From assembly GCF_001194135.2 (NCBI RefSeq), contig NC_068984.1, positions 145,380,711 through 145,415,861 on the forward strand: a stretch of DNA of 35,151 nucleotides. Reading direction: 5' to 3'. Below the pieces are notes generated by a model, which was not told the DNA's origin, ran no database searches, and worked only from the letters and a program-made list of their open reading frames with translations. The translations under genes and the position numbers were made by a program. The stretch is from Octopus bimaculoides. Its lineage: Eukaryota. Position 1 is the stretch's first letter; every line of letters starts with the position of its first letter. Positions 11,294 to 23,940 of the stretch are shown piece after piece.

Positions 11294-11824
11294 AATACTG
11301 ACCTTGAGTGGCGACCTCGGTTCTATGTATGTGATGTGGGCCAGAGACGTGTGGTGGAGGCCAACAACAAAACAAACCAACGATATTCCAATCATGGTCA
11401 CTAACAGCCTGGCAACAACAACAACTTTCAAATATATTTTAAACTAATAAAAACGCTCGACTAATTTTCTGTAAGATTTACCAAGTTTACCAAACGTTTT
11501 ACTAAGAAAGAATCTGTAAGATCTTAAACTGCACAACGGAGTGGATTGGATCATTTAGTAATTTAATAATGTGGAATAAATATATGCAATGAAGATGTCA
11601 GAGCTTCTATAGAATAGGAATGGATCTGTTGTAAACCGAGTTGAGTGCTGAGGGAATGTCATCACGTACAGGTGATATGACCGTGTGAAATGAAAGTCTT
11701 AACATGGCAAACAAGGAAATATTTCACGTTTCTCTATAAACCCGAGTTTCCTTCTTCCAACTGGTGAAGCGGCTTCTTTTGTCCAAAAATTTCGTTTCAG
11801 TCAAAAAAGTTGTTTGATCTCCTC

Positions 11825-11915
11825 ATACATACATACATACATACATACATACATACATAAATGCATACATACATAAATGCATACATATATACACACGCAC
11901 ATAAATTTTTAGACA

Positions 11916-11955
<40 letters not shown>

Positions 11956-12086
11956 CACACACACACACACACACACACGTACACATTCAGACATGAAAAA
12001 ATACATACTTACACGCCCGCATACACACGCACACACACACACACACGCACACGCACACACACACACACACACACACGCACACACGT
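11825..12086. repeat. Compound (CATA)n/(TA)n/(CA)n microsatellite block
   Basis: Direct runs; they explain the low-complexity ORFs 11797-12084 and 11861-12097. Confidence 0.9.
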
Positions 12087-12549
12087 ATAGTCTTTAATCA
12101 GTATATCCACAGCCATATCCATCTGGTGAGCCATACATTTAAGTTGTATGTCTATTGACAGAAGATTAACGACCTTTACATCCAATTAAATATTGTCATC
12201 AGAAAGCATCTACTTTAGATTGTCCAATATGTCGAATCTTAACTCATTCCCAACAGCTCAGCCTCAAACTTAATTTCAATGCTGTTTTGTTTAGTGTCAT
12301 TTACTGCTGCAGCTAATTAAGGAAATCATTAAACAGTTACTAAAATGGCTATCCAATTTCTGATTCGGTTAAGGATTTACAAATATTATTAATCAGCTAT
12401 TCATACCGTTCACGATTAGTGTTGTTAAGCAATTATTGGTAAACGGATTACTTTTCTAGTTAAGCCAGTAGTGATAGGGTTAGCAAAATTTATTGTGTTT
12501 CAATCAATAGTGTGGCCATGCTGGAGCAGAACCTAGTAATTATTTTTAA

Positions 12550-12825
12550 GTCTAGGAAATGCAAGTGCAGGACGGCCCTGTCTAGCGTAGCAGCATCCAC
12601 AGAGGTGCCACCTCCTACGAACAGAATAGGATGGCAGGAGCACAAAGAAAGAGTGAGCTGCGCAAATCCATAGCCAACTGGTTGCCTTCATTCTCAGCAG
12701 ACCACCAGTGCCGGATCTGCAGCACAGCCTTCCGAGCACGCATCGGACTGATCAGCCACAGGCGGACGCACCCGTCACCTGATGTCTTGGTCATCGTCTA
12801 CAACGACGGACGAACATTATTATTA
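12550..12825 (+). mobile_element. RTE-clade LINE, 3' fragment
   Basis: Encodes QDGPV*RSSIHRGATSYEQNR...CRICSTAFRARIGLISHRRTH, an RTE C-terminal C2H2-like end, followed by a short 3' UTR and an (ATT)n tail. Confidence 0.8.
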
Positions 12826-13344
12826 CTTCAAAGTGACGCTGAGTACAAATATACGAAGCCCAGTATACCCATCATGACTACCCGTCTGATAAGGGTACAC
12901 CAGACATGTGCATCACAACCGTATGTGCGTGACAGTGATCTCATATCATCATAAACAGCGAATGACCTTGCAGGTGGGGGCCCAGTTAGAATTTTCTTCG
13001 GGCCAAGTAACCTATCTTGTTTAAATAGTCTGTGAACAAGGTTTGTTTAAGGATGACGAACAAAATACTCATGTTTCCATAGGTGAATTAGTCAAACCCC
13101 AAAGAATTCCTCTCAACACATGGCTATGATGCTCTCCCACTACTTCTGCTCGTGATCAGAGATGCACATATCGTCAGCCACAAAGGGACATGCTCAACTG
13201 ATGAAGGTCAAACAACTGACAAGAAAATTATAGCCCATCATTTTATACCAAGATAAACATGTACATAACACTTCCAATCAGTTAAGACCAGAAGCCACGA
13301 GAGCCACTGCTTGGTACGGACAACAGATTAAACTGTTTGAAAAG

Positions 13345-13600
13345 AAAAATTCCTAACATCGGGCTACAACAAGTAACTTTAGATGCCAAGAACCTTCCTA
13401 AGTATTCTAGTTGTCCCTAATAACAATTTTCTGAAGCTGCACTAGACTGTTTCTTCTATCCATCTGTTCAAATCTTTAGGGATACTTCCTAATGCACCTA
13501 TAACTACAGGGAAACATTTTACGCGCTCCTTCCATAGCCTCTGTAACTCAATGACTTGATCCTGGTACTTTGCTATTTCCTTTGTACCTCTCATTATTAT
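13345..13600 (-). mobile_element. 3' fragment of a non-LTR retrotransposon with a restriction-like endonuclease (R4/NeSL/Hero-like)
   Basis: Encodes KEIAKYQDQVIELQRLWK..VKCFPVVIGALGSIPK, then in a shifted frame LQKIV..GTTRILRKVLGI*, the typical RLE C-terminus. Confidence 0.75.
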
Positions 13601-13672
13601 TAATAATAATAGGCTTGGGGCAGCTGCCCATGCGTGCAAGTCTTCCTCTGTGTGTGTATGCATGCACATGCG

Positions 13673-13707
<35 letters not shown>

Positions 13708-13724
13708 ACGTACGTGTGTACTTT

Positions 13725-13950
13725 CACGTATCTTCTACTCTAACTCTGGGCCAACCAATGCCTTTTAAGTGAATTTAATAGACGGGAACTGTGTGGAAGC
13801 CCATCGCATATGTTTGTCGTCCCCTTCCCACCTCACCGCTTAAGCCCCAGTAACTTAGGGATGCAGTAAAAAAGACCGACAGAATACGTACCAGGCTTAC
13901 GTACAAAGCTCCAGCATGGTCGCAGTTCAATGACTGAAACAAACATAAAA
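13725..13950 (+). mobile_element. Degenerate family A SINE
   Basis: TCTTCTAC..GGGCCAACCAATGCC..GTGAATTT..GACGGGAACTG..GCTCCAGCATGGTCGCAGTTCAATGACTGAAAC. Confidence 0.65.
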
Positions 13951-14409
13951 AAGAAAGAAAAAACGTGTGTGCGTGTGTAATTGAATGTACTCGCTGTTCT
14001 GTTTGGAGTGATTTTCTCACCTCCAGCAAGTCTGACTCACCCTAAACAGATGTTCACAGAAAGTTCATTTCGTTTACACATTTTGTGCCATTTAACTTGA
14101 ATGACCTGACGACAATCGGCATCCTGATATTTTCGAGGAATAACATTTGTAAAGAGATTTCCCCAAGTAAGTGCGATGCTGCAAATAACACCATGTCATC
14201 AGTAATCGGTTCCAATTTCCCTTCTTCATTTTTCTTTCTTTTTTCGTTGACAATTATTTCAATTGCACCAGCGTTGGCTTTTCATTTTCTTACATGCATT
14301 CGAGAAAAATTGACGTTATGAAATTTATGAACTCAAAGTGCGGTCCAACAGGCCGGTCCCTGGCTTACTGTGTTGTCGAAAGTAACAAGTAGTGTTTGTT
14401 TATGTAGAA

Positions 14410-14560
14410 CAGTCATTGGCAAACTGCGGCTAGTGGGCCTTCTGAGTGGCACACATAACGAAACATTACCTGCATACTTTTTATTTTTATAAGTGCGGCC
14501 CGCTTGGAGATGATCCAGGTCTTATGCGGCCCGCTTTTCGCAAAAGGTTGCCCATACCAG
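14410..14560. mobile_element. hAT (Charlie-like) MITE
   Basis: Starts CAGTCATTGGCAAACTGCGGC and ends AAAAGGTTGCCCATACCAG, a degenerate TIR pair, with internal GCGGCCCG repeats. Flanked by ATGTAGAA and GTGTAGAG (6/8 match, TSD-like). Confidence 0.65.
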
Positions 14561-14626
14561 GTGTAGAGTTTGAATTCGAAAGAAATCGAGAGAGTAAAAG
14601 GCAGTTGATAAACGAACTGGATTTTA

Positions 14627-14943
14627 TATAAGATCCTTTCTGCTATAGGCACAAGGCCTGAAATTTTGTGAGGGAGCCAGTCGATTAGATCGACCCCCAG
14701 TGTTTCACTGGTACTTAATTTCTCGACCCCGAAAGGTTAAAAAGCAAAGTTGACCTCGATGGAATTTGAACTCAGAACGTAACGGCAGGCGAAATACCGC
14801 TATGCATTTCACCCGGTGTGCTAACGATTCTTATTTCTTTCTTGCCCACAGAGGAGGCTAAACATAGAGGGGACAAACAAGGACAGACAAAGGGATTAAG
14901 TCGATTACATCGACCCCAGTGCGTAACTGGTACTTATTTAATC
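14627..14943 (-). mobile_element. Family B SINE, full copy plus an adjacent partial copy running into the gap
   Basis: Reverse complement of the 1080-1292 element (GGAATTTGAACTCAGAACG, TCGACCCC, GTACTTAATTT). Confidence 0.8.
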
Positions 14944-15497
14944 NNNNNNNNNNNNNNNNNNNNNNNNNNNNNNNNNNNNNNNNNNNNNNNNNNNNNNNNN
15001 NNNNNNNNNNNNNNNNNNNNNNNNNNNNNNNNNNNNNNNNNNNNNNNNNNNNNNNNNNNNNNNNNNNNNNNNNNNNNNNNNNNNNNNNNNNNNNNNNNNN
15101 NNNNNNNNNNNNNNNNNNNNNNNNNNNNNNNNNNNNNNNNNNNNNNNNNNNNNNNNNNNNNNNNNNNNNNNNNNNNNNNNNNNNNNNNNNNNNNNNNNNN
15201 NNNNNNNNNNNNNNNNNNNNNNNNNNNNNNNNNNNNNNNNNNNNNNNNNNNNNNNNNNNNNNNNNNNNNNNNNNNNNNNNNNNNNNNNNNNNNNNNNNNN
15301 NNNNNNNNNNNNNNNNNNNNNNNNNNNNNNNNNNNNNNNNNNNNNNNNNNNNNNNNNNNNNNNNNNNNNNNNNNNNNNNNNNNNNNNNNNNNNNNNNNNN
15401 NNNNNNNNNNNNNNNNNNNNNNNNNNNNNNNNNNNNNNNNNNNNNNNNNNNNNNNNNNNNNNNNNNNNNNNNNNNNNNNNNNNNNNNNNNNNNNNNN
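14944..15497. other. Assembly gap
   Basis: Run of N. Confidence 1.
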
Positions 15498-15825
15498 TGA
15501 GAAGCAAACTTCTTACCAGACGACCACATGTGGAATAAATTGGTTTGTCGCAAGGAAAAAGAAGATTCTAACAATTCCAGAGACTATTATTTTGCACCAT
15601 GAGATAACATCCTCCGCCAGGTACCCTTCCTTAGGACGTCGAGGGTTCCATTTGATCCAATCAACGGAACAGCCTGCTCGTGAAATTAACTTGCAAGTGG
15701 CTGAGCACTCCACAGACACGTGTACCCTTAACGTAGTTCTCGGGGATATTCAGTGTGACACTGTGTGACAAGGCTTAGTCCAAGGTTTTAGTCCAATGAC
15801 TAAAACAAGTGAAAAGAATACATCA

Positions 15826-16025
15826 TGATTTAACGTCTGTCTTTCCATGCTGGCATGGGTTGGACAGCTTGACAGGAGCTGGCAAGGCCAGGGGCCACAC
15901 CAGGTGTTCTATAGTCCATTTATTCTTGGTTTCCATGGTTGGATGCCCTTCCTAACGCCAACCAGTTTACAGAGTGTGGACTGGGTGCTTTTTTCATGTG
16001 GCACCAGCACCAGTGCATTTTATGT
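15826..16025 (-). mobile_element. Family C repeat copy
   Basis: CATCATGATTTAACGTC..TTTCCATGCTGGCATGGGTTGGAC..GGATGCCCTTCCTAACGCCAACC. Confidence 0.75.
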
Positions 16026-16579
16026 AGCACTTTAGTTTTAAGATATCAATTCTGTTGAGGTGGACAGTTCTTCTAGAGTGCAAAATTGCACCACATATCT
16101 TGGTTCTCTGTCAATGCATTGTCTATAAACAATCATGTGAAGGATGTTATCCAATCAGACTTCTCGTTCTCTTCTATGCCAGGCCAATCGAGAGCAAAGG
16201 CAGAGCAAGCTGCTAACTCTTTGACTGTTCTACAGATCAATTTAATATCAATGGCCCCCAAATAGGGACCATATCAGATATGAAGCTAAGAACCAAGACA
16301 TTTTATACTTAGCCAAAAGGTCGAGCAGGATCGAGAAAATTCTGAATATAGTTTTTTAATTGTAAGAAAACGATTGAACAACAAAAGTATCCACGGTATA
16401 TTTTGATTCAATAGAAATAATGCAACAATTTCAATAATATAATTAATTTTATTTACAAATAATAAATTGGTTTTCATAACAGTGTCAGAAACGCTGGACG
16501 GACAAAGATTGAGATGGAAACAGAAAGGAAAATAAACTAAAAAAAACTTGTCTTGGAAGAACCGATGGAGAGTTTCATT

Positions 16580-16624
16580 AATAAATGCAGACACACACAG
16601 ACACACAGCTGCAGAGAGGGGGTG

Positions 16625-16656
<32 letters not shown>

Positions 16657-16861
16657 ATATGTTCACAGATACACACAACACAAACGTATATACTGGCAAA
16701 TATACATAACATGCATATATATTTACATATATACTGACAAATACACCTAAAACATATGTGTGTATATATGTGCACATATATATACACACAGTAGAGAGAG
16801 GGAGAGATCTATAGGGAGTTATTGTCACATATATGCATGTTCAGAGATATTCACAGACACA

Positions 16862-16902
<41 letters not shown>

Positions 16903-16912
16903 CATACATACA
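16580..16912. repeat. Compound (TA)n/(CA)n low-complexity block
   Basis: Direct runs; they explain the YIYI/CVCV ORFs here. Confidence 0.85.
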
Positions 16913-16914
16913 CT

Positions 16915-17250
16915 GGCACATAGCTCAGTGGTTAGAGCATCGAGCTTATGGTCGTAAGGTTGTGAGTTTGAATCCTGGACCGGGCTGCGTGTTGTGTTCT
17001 TGAGCAAGACACTTTATTTCACGTTGCTTCAGTTAACTCAGCTATAGAAATGAGTTGCAACATCACTGGTGCCAGGCTGTATCGGCCCCTTTTGCCTTTC
17101 CCTTGGATAACATCAGTGGTGTGGAGAGGGGAGGCTGGTATGCATGGGCGACTGCTGGTCTTCCATAAAACAACCTTGCCTGGATTTGTGCCTTGGATGG
17201 TAACTTTCTAGGTGAAATCCCACGGTCATTCATGACCAAAAGAGGTCTCC
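16915..17250 (+). mobile_element. tRNA-headed CORE-like SINE, family D
   Basis: GGCACATAGCTCAGTGGTTAGAGC A box, GTTTGAATCC B box, then GTTGTGTTCTTGAGCAAGACACTTTATTTCAC (CORE-like) and a long non-tRNA tail. Confidence 0.75.
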
Positions 17251-17362
17251 TCATACACTGACATATTCCACTTCATGGAAATGCTGCATTCCAGAAGATC
17301 TTGCTGTAATATGGAATTCTACAACAAACATGAAACATTTGTGGAATGTGGTGTGGTGTGGT

Positions 17363-17395
<33 letters not shown>

Positions 17396-17476
17396 AGTAC
17401 AACTAATACATAGTTAAGTACACCCACAGAAACAGACATCAGCTTGTACTTATATCAAGGTCAGCTACTTTTCGAT

Positions 17477-17479
<3 letters not shown>

Positions 17480-17507
<28 letters not shown>
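17480..17507. repeat. (AAT)n microsatellite
   Basis: Direct trinucleotide run at the tail of the minus-strand family B SINE. Confidence 0.9.
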
Positions 17508-17510
<3 letters not shown>

Positions 17511-17511
<1 letters not shown>

Positions 17512-17945
17512 TTTCAAATTTTGGCACAAGGCCAGCAAGTTCAGAGGAGGGGATAAGACAATTACATCAACCTCAGTGATCAACTGGTACTTTATCGACC
17601 CCTAAAGGACAAAAGGCAAAGTTGACCTCAGCAGAATTTGATCTGAGGACGTAAAGACAGAAAAAATGCCGTTGAGCATTTTGTCCAGTGCAATAACGAT
17701 TCTGCTAGCCTGCTGCTAAAATAATGGTANNNNNNNNNNCTTTCTACTAAGGGCACAAGGCCTGAAATTTTGAGGGAGGGGACTAGTTGATTACATCGAC
17801 CCCACTGTTTCACCGGTACTTAATTTATCGACCCCATAAAAGGATGAAAGGTAAAGTTGACCTTGGCAGCATTTGAACTGCTAACCTGAAGACTGATGAA
17901 ATACCACTAAGCATTTCACCCAACATACTAACGATTCTGCCAGAG
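17511..17945 (-). mobile_element. Two tandem family B SINE copies
   Basis: Both carry GGCACAAGGCC, ACTGGTACTT/ACCGGTACTT, AAAGTTGACCT and AACGATTCTGC; a 10-N gap lies between them. Confidence 0.75.
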
Positions 17946-18808
17946 GAGGAGAATGGGGAGGTGAAGAGGAGGTACAATATGTCTGCTCCACGTTCTGTGT
18001 GTTCTTTACTTTGATTCTGTTGTGATCCCTTTACTCTATTTTTGCAATGATTCAGTTACACACACACACACACACACACACAAACATTATTAACCATAAA
18101 ATGTTGTTTTGTCTCCCTCTTCAGTAAACGATTATAAGTCTGCTCCACCAGATCTGGCCTGGAGCCAAACAGTAATTTATGGGAAATAGTCTTAAAGTTA
18201 GCAATAAACTTCAGAAAGATGAACTAAATAAATTGTAATACTTGGTTGAGTTTTAATTGCTGGGCCTGATGTGATACTGAGACTAAATACATGGTTGTGT
18301 ATATTTATTTAGTATGGGGGACTCACAAATTTTGGGTTGGTGACTACTGAGAGTGAGGCACCCCTTAGCTTTTGTTAAAGCAGGTTTCTAGACCCTGCAT
18401 AAAACTTTGGCTAGGTCTGCTCCAATAATCAAACTGGGTCAGCAAATCCTCTGCAACTGTTGACAAGCGACTGCAAGATGAGCTGCCATGGATCATGCTA
18501 TTCCAAAGCATGTGACCAGGGACCACATGTGGATTTGCATTTCCACTGCAACTCCCAACACAAATTCTATGCCACAACAGTGAATGACGACTATGGCTAC
18601 AGTATCTGTGCTGTCTGACACATTTCCCTAGTGGGGCATCTGTCAAATTCGTCAGATGTGGTCAGCATTTGTAAGGGATGTGGTGAACTTGTTGGTCAGA
18701 GCTGGCTGAAGCCACCCCGGGTGAATGTCACTGTTGGTACAAGTGAATCCATGGCTATATATATTTATTTGTTGAAAACCCCTTCTGTATTGGTTGGTTG
18801 GTTTAGTA

Positions 18809-18901
18809 ATGTTTGACAGGATGTTTGACAAGATGTTTGACAAGATGTTTGACAGGATGTTTGACAAGACGTTTAGTAATGGAGCTGAGATGTTTGACAA
18901 G
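18809..18901. repeat. 12-bp minisatellite (ATGTTTGACA(A/G)G)x5 plus one displaced unit
   Basis: Five exact-period units at 18809-18868 and a sixth at 18890-18901. Confidence 0.9.
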
Positions 18902-19434
18902 AAATTGTTGTTGAATGAACAAGTTATTGACGTGGAACAAACCAGCCTTTCAGACCTAACAGAAAAGGGGAGCAAAGGAGGAGAGGTATGGGGAGGGAGA
19001 TCAGATAAGAGAGGAAGAGGGGGAAGAGAAAGCACGGGAGTGAGAGGGGGCGAGAGAGACGAGGGGGGATGACACACTAAACCCTTACTAATCTGAAGCC
19101 CTACAAGCATGTTTCAGTTGTAGTAACCACAGAGACTCCCATCCTACCCTGTCACTTAGTTTTGCCTCTGACCCAGACCCATGGCTAAATTATTTTATTT
19201 ACTACATGACTCAAAGGAGACAAAGCTATTAAAACCCCTTTTGGATAGGAAAAAAATGAGGGCTGCCCCTAGGACTCCAACTATTGTAAATGTGAGAGAT
19301 TGCACCAAAGAAATCCTCCAAATTTCTCCATCCATTTTAGAAGCTTTGATCTTCTTAGCAAGAATTGTTTGTTATAAGAATTTTGAAACTGAGAGATTTG
19401 GGAATTAATTTTTAACTTAATATTTATCTTTCCT

Positions 19435-19810
19435 TTTATCTTTCACTTATTTGTCTTTAGACTGTGGCCATGCTACAGCACTGCCTTTAAGGGTTTTAGT
19501 TGAATGAATTGATCCCAGTACTTATTTTTCTTTTCTTAAACCTGACACTTAATCTATTGATCTCTTGTGCAGACCCACTAAATTATGGAGGACGTAAACA
19601 AACCAACACCAGTCAAGCACTGGTAAGGGAACAAACACAGACACATACAGATATATGATGGGGCTTCTTTCAGTTTCTGTTTACAAAGTCCACTCACAAG
19701 GCTTTGGTTGATAAATGGGGCTTGGGGCTACAGAAGACACTTGCCCAAAGTGCCATGCAATGGGACTGAACCCCAAACCATGTAGTTTAGAAGCAAGCTT
19801 CTTAACACAC
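19435..19810 (-). mobile_element. Family A SINE, older copy
   Basis: Reverse complement: GACTGTGGCCATGC..GATCCCAGTAC..CACTCACAAGGCTTTGG..GAAGACACTTGCCCAA..GGGACTGAACC..AAGCAAGC. Confidence 0.75.
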
Positions 19811-20385
19811 TATCCACACACCTGTTATTAAATAGGATTATCTACATTGAGTTCTACAATTAAAAATGAATTATTTCCCATTTGCTCAAAGTTTCTGAAT
19901 TCTGATGTCACACATTTTATTTGCTAATTTATCTGTGAATGCATTAGATTAATTTTTTTTATTTCTTGGAATTAATTTTCTGTGGTTTAAGGTTGAAATA
20001 AATCAATTGAAAATTACGGCAAAATTAGGGAACGGTTGACAAACTCGGCTGGAATTAATGTCATCAGCAGACTGAGACTGTTGGCAGAGAAAGGCAGGGA
20101 GAGACAGAAAAGGAGAGATGGAAATATTAATTTAATTCCTCTCTTTGGTCTTTGGCACTGGACCTGTTGGTGTAATTATTAGAAGGGGTTAAATTCTAAT
20201 AAAAACTGAAAATATTAATTGCAATGTTTCCATAATCAACATATTGCTGATATATGTAACAAAGGGTCTGTCTGAAATTATTGTAGTGTTTAGAGCCAAA
20301 TACAGACACAGTAGCATGCATACATTGTGTGTGTGTACATGCATAGATATAGACATAAATGTATACATTCATATACATATTTTTT

Positions 20386-20419
<34 letters not shown>

Positions 20420-20669
20420 GCACATATTTAATGTAAGACAAAAGCAAAAATACCCAAATATCTGAAAATAAGAGAACTGTGGAAAGAAAATGTTGAAAAC
20501 ATGATTGTAAATTGCTGGAGAATATATTGGAAATCGTGACTCATCATGTGATGTGGGGGGAGGGGAGAGGGAGAGAAACTGGGATGTGGGGGGGGGGGGA
20601 ACTTATGGACATGAGTTGTTCAATTACTTATTTGCTAAATTATTTACTGTAAGTAAACAGAAACACCAT

Positions 20670-20830
20670 CCAATGTCCGTTTTCCAAGCTGGCCATGGAT
20701 TGAGTTGCACCAAACTCTAATATCTATTTTAGCATGCTTTCCATGGCTGGATGCCCTTCTTAACATCAGCCCCCCCTTTACAGAGTGCTAGTGGGGGCTT
20801 TTTACATGGCACCCGCACCAGTGATGTGAC
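20670..20830 (-). mobile_element. Degenerate family C repeat copy
   Basis: GTCCGTTTTCCAAGCTGGCCATGG..GGCTGGATGCCCTTCTTAAC..GCTTTTTACATGGCACC. Confidence 0.65.
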
Positions 20831-22478
20831 CATGTAACTTTGCAAGACAAAACCCTGCTCAACGGTGGGGGAGAAGTATTGAGGGTGATGGCTTTGTGTC
20901 AGGTGATGAGAAGTTAAAGTAGGATTGAGGGGACAGGAACAGTTATCTTGCTGTATGGGGAGTTACATGGCCGTAGGGGAATTATATGCATCAGTTGGGG
21001 AAAAGGGAGGGAGAGGAGCAGGAAAGATGTCATTAAGATTTTTATTCAGGAATATGAATCAGAGCTGGTCCCTGATTTGATGACTAAAATTAGGGAGATG
21101 TAAACATAAATTTCAAAGTGAAAAATACTTAATCTTGATCATAAGAGACAAAACTGACAAAATGAAAGTAAAAACATTAACAGGATGTAAAAGAAAAAAT
21201 ACTGTTCTCATATATACGATGCACTTGTTGCAATGCACATCACAAAAGTCATGTGATGCAGTGCACATGCTGCAATGCAATTTTGTAAAGTTTTTGGCAA
21301 TATTGCATTAAAATGCTTCCATGCAGTTGACAAGAAAAAGACATATTTGACCAAAGGAAGGAATTTTGAGCAAAAGCAAAAATACAAGAAAAAAACGTTG
21401 TTGTGAGATTCCAAACTTTTACCTCCGTGACATATTAGCAAATCAGTAAATATTCCCAGCCCCCGATCCAATCTTTTTTAATTAATTAAATAAAAAAACA
21501 ATTTTCCAAAAATTTTATAGAATTAATATCGGTTTCTTTGTGGAAATATTCCTCAGTTTTTTTTTTAATTTTTATAGTAAATCTTCCAAACAATGTCTCC
21601 TCATACCTGGCACCCATTGTTAAGATTGTATGAAACATAAACCCTTCTCAAGAATAATTCACCTCTAAATAGCAACAAACCCTTTCATTGTGATCACCCA
21701 CTGGATATTACTGTCTCAAGTCCTACGATTCATAGGATTGGTCAGCCATGGCTTGTAAGGGACAGAGATCACAATATTTCCTCTGAATCGGCTGCCAGTC
21801 TAGCATAGTTGAGTGGATTGGAGCAATATGAAAGGAAAGATTTTGCTGAAGAACACCTGCCATCCAGTCCAAGAATTGAAACCATGATCTTGTGATCATG
21901 AATGCAACACCCTAACCATAAGGCCATGTGCCATGCTGCTAACCTTTTTGCAACACCACAAAACCCCTTAAAACTAATGTTATTAGTATGGTGGGACGTG
22001 GGTTGCCAGAACCTCTCAGGTGCCAGACAGCTTTGTGATATTTTATGCTGGCCCTTTACATTGTGGGTTCAAACCCTGCTGAAAGTAAGTTTGGGAGACT
22101 GGTTCACATGACACCAGAGCAAGTCCACATGCCTAGGGGCCAACTTCTATTTGACTTACAACTAAGGCCTTTGGCAGGTACTTCCACCCGGTCTCATACC
22201 ACCTCTGTTGTTACCCATGTTGTGCCTTACTCCCCACTGGACCTCATCCTACAATAAACACCTTAAATCTCTCTTTCAAAGAACTTTGTCAAAACTTTTA
22301 TTTTTAATTACATTTTTATTGGTTTGATCTGGAGCAAGGGTCGTGCCCACAGCTTTCGCAAACCCCTTTAGATATTGTGGGATGAATACGGATAATGCTT
22401 CATGTGTATAGGAGGAAAAATGGGTGGGAGAGGAATACCTGTGGGACAATGATCTAGGGAGGAACGGCAGGATGGAAC

Positions 22479-22614
22479 GGGTTTAGGGGTTAGTGTGGGC
22501 CCAGCGTAGGTGGTGACAGGAAGGAATGTTTAGGCTTTAATGTGGGCCTGGTATAAGTGGTGATAGGAAGGAATGGGTTTAGGGGTTAGTGTGGGCCTGG
22601 TGTAGGTGGTGACA
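22479..22614. repeat. G-rich 47-49 bp tandem repeat, ~3 units
   Basis: Units start at 22479, 22528 and 22575, with consensus GGGTTTAGGGGTTAGTGTGGGCC...GTGGTGACAGGAAGGAAT. Confidence 0.85.
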
Positions 22615-22825
22615 CAATACGATTGACAGGAGGAGGATAGACAAGTGAGTCAAGACCACACAAATGGAAGTGATATGAAATCAACAACCTCTGAGGAGCA
22701 GAGGCCATTATCTTCTTCCACAAGCTGCTCTCACTGAGATTAATACCATACTAGGAATCTCTGTCTTCCTTTAATTTGCTATTCTTATTTTATGTTTTGT
22801 GTCCCATAAGGACCCTTGTATAGTT

Positions 22826-23010
22826 ATCATTTAACATCCATGTTTCCATGCTAGCATGGGTTAGACAGAATCTGTTGAGGCAGATTTTCTACAGCTGGAT
22901 GCCCTTCCTGTCACCAACTCTCGCCTGTTTCCAGGCAAGAGTAATATTTCCCCACAGCCAGAGGATGTTTCTCATGGAAGACTGGAAACGGATAACATTG
23001 CTTGTATGAC
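22826..23010 (-). mobile_element. Family C-related repeat copy
   Basis: ATCATTTAACATCCATGTTTCCATGCTAGCATGGGTTAGAC..TTTCTACAGCTGGATGCCCTTCC. Confidence 0.65.
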
Positions 23011-23729
23011 TGATAGTAGTGGTATAAAAATAAGGGGAGAGGACATGGCACCTAGTGGGCCAGAGGTTGGAAGGAGTTAGTACATGTAATTCCATACAGA
23101 TGCATGCTATCTACATTTTCAAACAGCCACAAACTTGCAACTGTTCAAACTAAGCATTAATCAAACTCAAGGCAGTATTCATCCCTAATCTTTGATCCCT
23201 AAAATGATCTTAAACCACTTCATCCTTTTTCCTTTAAACTAACCCTCTCACCACCACCACTACACTGCAAACTTCCACCTCATTCGACATTGGATTTGGA
23301 TGAGTTCTCTCCCTTGCCTTTCTTTGCAAGAATCATTAAACCTAATAATAAATCAATCATTTGGTAGTGGGGCTGGGTGTTACTACATTAAGTATGATAG
23401 CCTCAACTTAACTATGTGTACTTCATGCAGAAGGAGTCTCTGGAAAATGTTCCCCAGTAATTCATTTTAAATTGTCAAATCAGGGAATGTTTCCCCTCTT
23501 ACAAATCATAACTTTTTCTCAAGTCATAAGATTTGGGAAGTAAATAAGAATATATTTTGCTGAAGAGGCCTAAATACAAACGAAACACATCCAGAGTTGT
23601 CCTCATACTTAAACATCCTCCTTCACACCTCAAGCTACATTTTCAGATTTAATTTTTAGTTTGAATTCCAGAGTTGTCTACCTTGTCTTTCACAATAAGG
23701 ATTAACCAGTAATTAATTAAGCTATAATC

Positions 23730-23940
23730 AGGCAGCAAGCTGGTGGAATTGTTAGCACACCAGACAAAATGTTTAGTGGCATTTCTTCAGATTTTATGTT
23801 CAGAGTTCAAACTCCACCAAGGTCAACTTTGCCTTTTATCCTTCCGGAGTTGATAAAATACAATTTAAGCATTGAGATCAATATAATAAACTAGTGTTTG
23901 CCCCATAAAATTTCAGGCCTGGTGCCTATAGCAGAAAGAA
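23730..23940 (+). mobile_element. Family B SINE with CpG decay
   Basis: GGCAGCAAGCTGGTGGAA head and GAGTTCAAACTCCACCAAGGTCAACTTTGCC; CG is changed to CA or TG relative to the 1080 copy. Confidence 0.75.

Noticed and set aside
16915-16990. tRNA-like sequence
   Set aside because: It has A and B boxes but no proper acceptor-stem pairing, and continues into a CORE-like SINE body, so it is a SINE head.
18360-18650. Possible LINE reverse-transcriptase remnant (KRLQDELPWIMLF)
   Set aside because: The resemblance covers only a few residues and the expected ADD motif does not follow.
23559-23605. CTGAAGA...CGAAAC...GTC, resembling a Penelope-type hammerhead ribozyme core
   Set aside because: Stem II (GGCC versus AAAC) and stem I do not pair; at most a decayed remnant.
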